Below, one piece after another: positions 8,420 through 11,128 of a DNA stretch of 11,128 nt (the first letter of the stretch is position 1; each line of letters begins with the position of its first letter). This DNA comes from Candidatus Omnitrophota bacterium (GTDB lineage Bacteria; Omnitrophota; Gorgyraeia; JABMRG01; JAFGKX01), in NCBI GenBank assembly GCA_020354945.1, contig CP070655.1, positions 415,040 through 426,167 on the forward strand, in the 5' to 3' direction. Position numbers and translations under genes: made by a program. Under the pieces are notes generated by a model, which was given only the letters and a program-made list of their open reading frames with translations, searched no databases and was not told the origin of the DNA.

Positions 8420-11125
8420 ATGGAACAGTTAAGTAAAGTATATAATCCCAAAGAGGTTGAGCAAAAGATATACGATTATTGGGAGAAAAACGCTTTATTT
8501 AAAACTTCGATTACTCCGGATAAAAAGCCATATTGCATAGTTATACCGCCTCCTAACATAACCGGCATTCTTCATATGGGCCATGCGCTAAATAATACCA
8601 TTCAGGATATATTAATACGATTTAGAAGAATGCAGGGTTATGAAGCTTTATGGATGCCGGGCACAGACCATGCTGGTATAGCAACCCAGAATGTAGTCGA
8701 GAGAGAGCTGGCAAAAAAAGGGCTAAAACGGCAGGATTTAGGCAGGGAGAAATTCTTAGAAGAAGTGTGGAAATGGAAGAAAGAATATGGCAGCACCATA
8801 ATTAAGCAACTCAAAAAACTCGGGGCTTCGTGCGATTGGGATAGAGAGAGATTTACAATGGATGAAGGACTTTCAAACGCTGTTCTTGAAGTATTTATCA
8901 GGCTTTATAAAAAAGGTCTTATACATAGAGGAAATTACATCATCAACTGGTGTCCGCGTTGCCAGACTGCATTGTCTGATGAAGAGGCCCCCCATCGTGA
9001 GCTGGATGGTTATTTATACTACATTAAATACCCTTTTAAATCAACGAACTACGAACTACAAACTACAAACTACATTACTGTTGCGACTACAAGACCTGAG
9101 ACAATGCTGGGTGATGTAGCAGTTGCTGTTAATCCTAAGGATAAACGATTTAAAGAACTTGCAGGAAAAACTTTGATTTTACCACTTATTGAAAGAGAAA
9201 TAAAAATTATAGAAGATGAGTTTGTTGACCCTGAATTCGGAACAGGCGCTGTGAAAGTAACCCCTGCGCATGATCCAAACGATTTTGAAATGGGAAAAAG
9301 GCATAATCTTACACCAGTAAATATTATGCATCCGGATGGTACATTAAATAATAATGCAGGCGACTATGAAGGGATGGATAGGTTTGAGGCGCGGGAGGCT
9401 ATTCTCGAAGACTTAAAAGCGAAAGGCCTGCTGCAGAAAGTTACACCTCATCGGTATGCAGTCGGGCATTGTTATCGATGCCATACTATAATAGAGCCTT
9501 ATCTTTCCAAGCAATGGTTTGTCAAGATGAAACCGCTGGCTAAACCGGCGATAGAAGTTGTTAAGAAAGGCAAAATAAAATTTTTTCCAAAAAGATGGAC
9601 AAAGGTTTATCTCGAATGGATGTATAATATAAAAGACTGGTGCATAAGCAGACAGATCTGGTGGGGCCATCGCATACCTGTTTTTTATTGTAAAGATTGC
9701 CAGAAAAAAACTGGTATGCGAAATGAAAAATTAGAAACCTCGAAAGAACCAGCCGTGATTGTCTCGAAAACTAAGCCGGGAAAATGCCCCACTTGCGGCG
9801 GAACTAATGTTGTTCAGGATGAAGATGTTTTAGATACCTGGTTTTCATCGTGGCTGTGGCCTTTTTCTACGTTCGGATGGCCGTTTAATCAGTCGTCAGT
9901 TCAAAAACAAGAATTCGAATACTTTTATCCGACAGACTGTTTAGCTACTGCGCAGGAGATTATCTTTTTCTGGGTTGCCAGGATGATTATGGCAGGAATG
10001 CAATTTGCTGGTGATATCCCATTTAGAGATGTTTATATTCACGGAACCGTAAGGGATAAAACAGGCACAAAGATGTCGAAATCATTGGGCAATATTATAG
10101 ACCCTTTAGAAATAATAGATATTTATGGTGCCGATGCTTTACGGTTTAGTTTAATTTCAATAACTGCTGTTGGCCAGGATGTATTTTTATCTAAAGAGAA
10201 ATTTGAACTTGGAAGGAATTTTGCTAACAAAATCTGGAATGTTTCCAGATTTTTGTTGATGAATCTGAAAGAAAAGGTAGAAGCTGATTTGGGCTCTGTG
10301 CATAAACAGTTTAAGCTTACTATAGCTGATAAGTGGATACTGAGCCAGCTTTACAGAACTCTAATAGCATATACAAAGGCATTAGAAAATTATAAATTTA
10401 ATGAAGCCGCCAATCTCTTATACGAGTTTGTATGGCACAAATATTGTGACTGGTATGTTGAAATTGCCAAATTAGACATCAACAGCCAGAAGACCCAGAT
10501 TATCTTGTATAAGGTATTGGAGAAATCTTTGCGAATGCTGCATCCTTTTATGCCTTTTATAACAGAAGGAATCTGGTCCAAGCTCGATGAAGAAAAATCT
10601 ATCATGATATCGTCTATTCCTCATGTCCAAAAACAGATGATAAACGAAGAGTCAGAGAAAACTATGCAGTCTCTGATAGATATAATAGTCTCAATCAGAA
10701 ATGTAAGAGCAGAGATGAACATTCCCGCTAAAGAGAAAATAGATGTAATTATATCAGCCCACAGTGAAAGGCTAAAAGATAAACTTCTTGATCTGGAAAG
10801 TTATATAAAGACTCTGGCTAAAGTAAAAAATATTACAGCAGTGGTAAAAGCGAAACGTCCAAAACAGGCAGCTTCTTGTGTCCTTGATAAGTTTGATGTA
10901 TTCCTTCCACTTAAAGGGATTATAAATATTGAAGCAGAAAAGGCCAGACTCAACAAACAACTTAAAATACAAGAATCCGTTATTGGTGCGTTGAATGCAA
11001 AACTTAAAAACAGAGATTTCCTAAAAAAGGCGCCCGAGGCAGTAGTAATGGGAGAAAAAGAAAAGGCCCAAATTACCAAGGCAAAGTTAGAGAAACTAAA
11101 GGAAAGCCTTAAGAATCTCGCCTAA
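8420..11125 (+). CDS. valS: Valine--tRNA ligase
   Basis: PPPNITGILHMGHA (HIGH motif), PGTDHAGIATQ, ATTRPET, GTGAVKVTPAHD, DWCISRQIWWGH, DVLDTWFSS, KMSKS, and a C-terminal coiled coil. ATG 8420 (MEQLSKVYNP) is preferred over TTG 8405. Confidence 0.98.
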   Translation: MEQLSKVYNPKEVEQKIYDYWEKNALFKTSITPDKKPYCIVIPPPNITGILHMGHALNNTIQDILIRFRRMQGYEALWMPGTDHAGIATQNVVERELAKKGLKRQDLGREKFLEEVWKWKKEYGSTIIKQLKKLGASCDWDRERFTMDEGLSNAVLEVFIRLYKKGLIHRGNYIINWCPRCQTALSDEEAPHRELDGYLYYIKYPFKSTNYELQTTNYITVATTRPETMLGDVAVAVNPKDKRFKELAGKTLILPLIEREIKIIEDEFVDPEFGTGAVKVTPAHDPNDFEMGKRHNLTPVNIMHPDGTLNNNAGDYEGMDRFEAREAILEDLKAKGLLQKVTPHRYAVGHCYRCHTIIEPYLSKQWFVKMKPLAKPAIEVVKKGKIKFFPKRWTKVYLEWMYNIKDWCISRQIWWGHRIPVFYCKDCQKKTGMRNEKLETSKEPAVIVSKTKPGKCPTCGGTNVVQDEDVLDTWFSSWLWPFSTFGWPFNQSSVQKQEFEYFYPTDCLATAQEIIFFWVARMIMAGMQFAGDIPFRDVYIHGTVRDKTGTKMSKSLGNIIDPLEIIDIYGADALRFSLISITAVGQDVFLSKEKFELGRNFANKIWNVSRFLLMNLKEKVEADLGSVHKQFKLTIADKWILSQLYRTLIAYTKALENYKFNEAANLLYEFVWHKYCDWYVEIAKLDINSQKTQIILYKVLEKSLRMLHPFMPFITEGIWSKLDEEKSIMISSIPHVQKQMINEESEKTMQSLIDIIVSIRNVRAEMNIPAKEKIDVIISAHSERLKDKLLDLESYIKTLAKVKNITAVVKAKRPKQAASCVLDKFDVFLPLKGIINIEAEKARLNKQLKIQESVIGALNAKLKNRDFLKKAPEAVVMGEKEKAQITKAKLEKLKESLKNLA
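9044..9074 (+). repeat. In-frame heptamer tandem repeat (ACRAACT)x4 inside valS
   Basis: ACGAACT ACGAACT ACAAACT ACAAACT ACA, encoding TNYELQTTNY. Confidence 0.9.
9716..9736 (+). repeat. Degenerate heptamer repeat (ATGAGAA)x3 inside valS
   Basis: ATGCGAA ATGAAAA ATTAGAA. Each unit has one mismatch to ATGAGAA, and the array encodes MRNEKLE. Confidence 0.55.
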
Positions 11126-11128
11126 TGA

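Noticed and set aside
2355-9074. CRISPR array or DGR template/variable repeat pair
   Set aside because: The repeats are contiguous 7-mers without spacers. I noticed no ~100-bp adenine-mismatched repeat pair, and there is no cas or RT gene.
1106-11079. Short alternative-frame and antisense ORFs (60-129 aa) in the ORF track
   Set aside because: All overlap well-supported genes and show no recognisable motifs. The [10 protein letters not shown] and RTTNYKLQT segments are just other frames of the heptamer repeats.
11123-11128. TAATGA as the overlapping start of a next gene
   Set aside because: It could be a double stop or a coupled ATG at 11125. The window ends here, so it cannot be resolved.

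Overview
Low-GC, lysine-rich bacterial housekeeping region with seven co-directional (+) genes: hom, thrC, an ApgM-like alkaline-phosphatase-superfamily enzyme (probable non-orthologous homoserine kinase), cstA, lysC (with an internal beta-subunit start), cimA and valS. No rRNA, tRNA, CRISPR array or transposase is visible. The unusual signal is small repetitive DNA laid over these core genes. (1) Related 7-bp tandem arrays (rotated consensus about CRAAMTN) sit in frame in probable loops of ThrC and ValRS, and one decayed array differs from its consensus exactly where a stop codon would fall. (2) A perfect 16-bp-arm palindrome lies at the apgM/cstA junction. (3) A 181-bp element with ~41-bp imperfect terminal inverted repeats and internal hairpins lies between cimA and valS and contains the cimA stop codon. 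Homolog loop lengths quoted are from memory and need an alignment to confirm.
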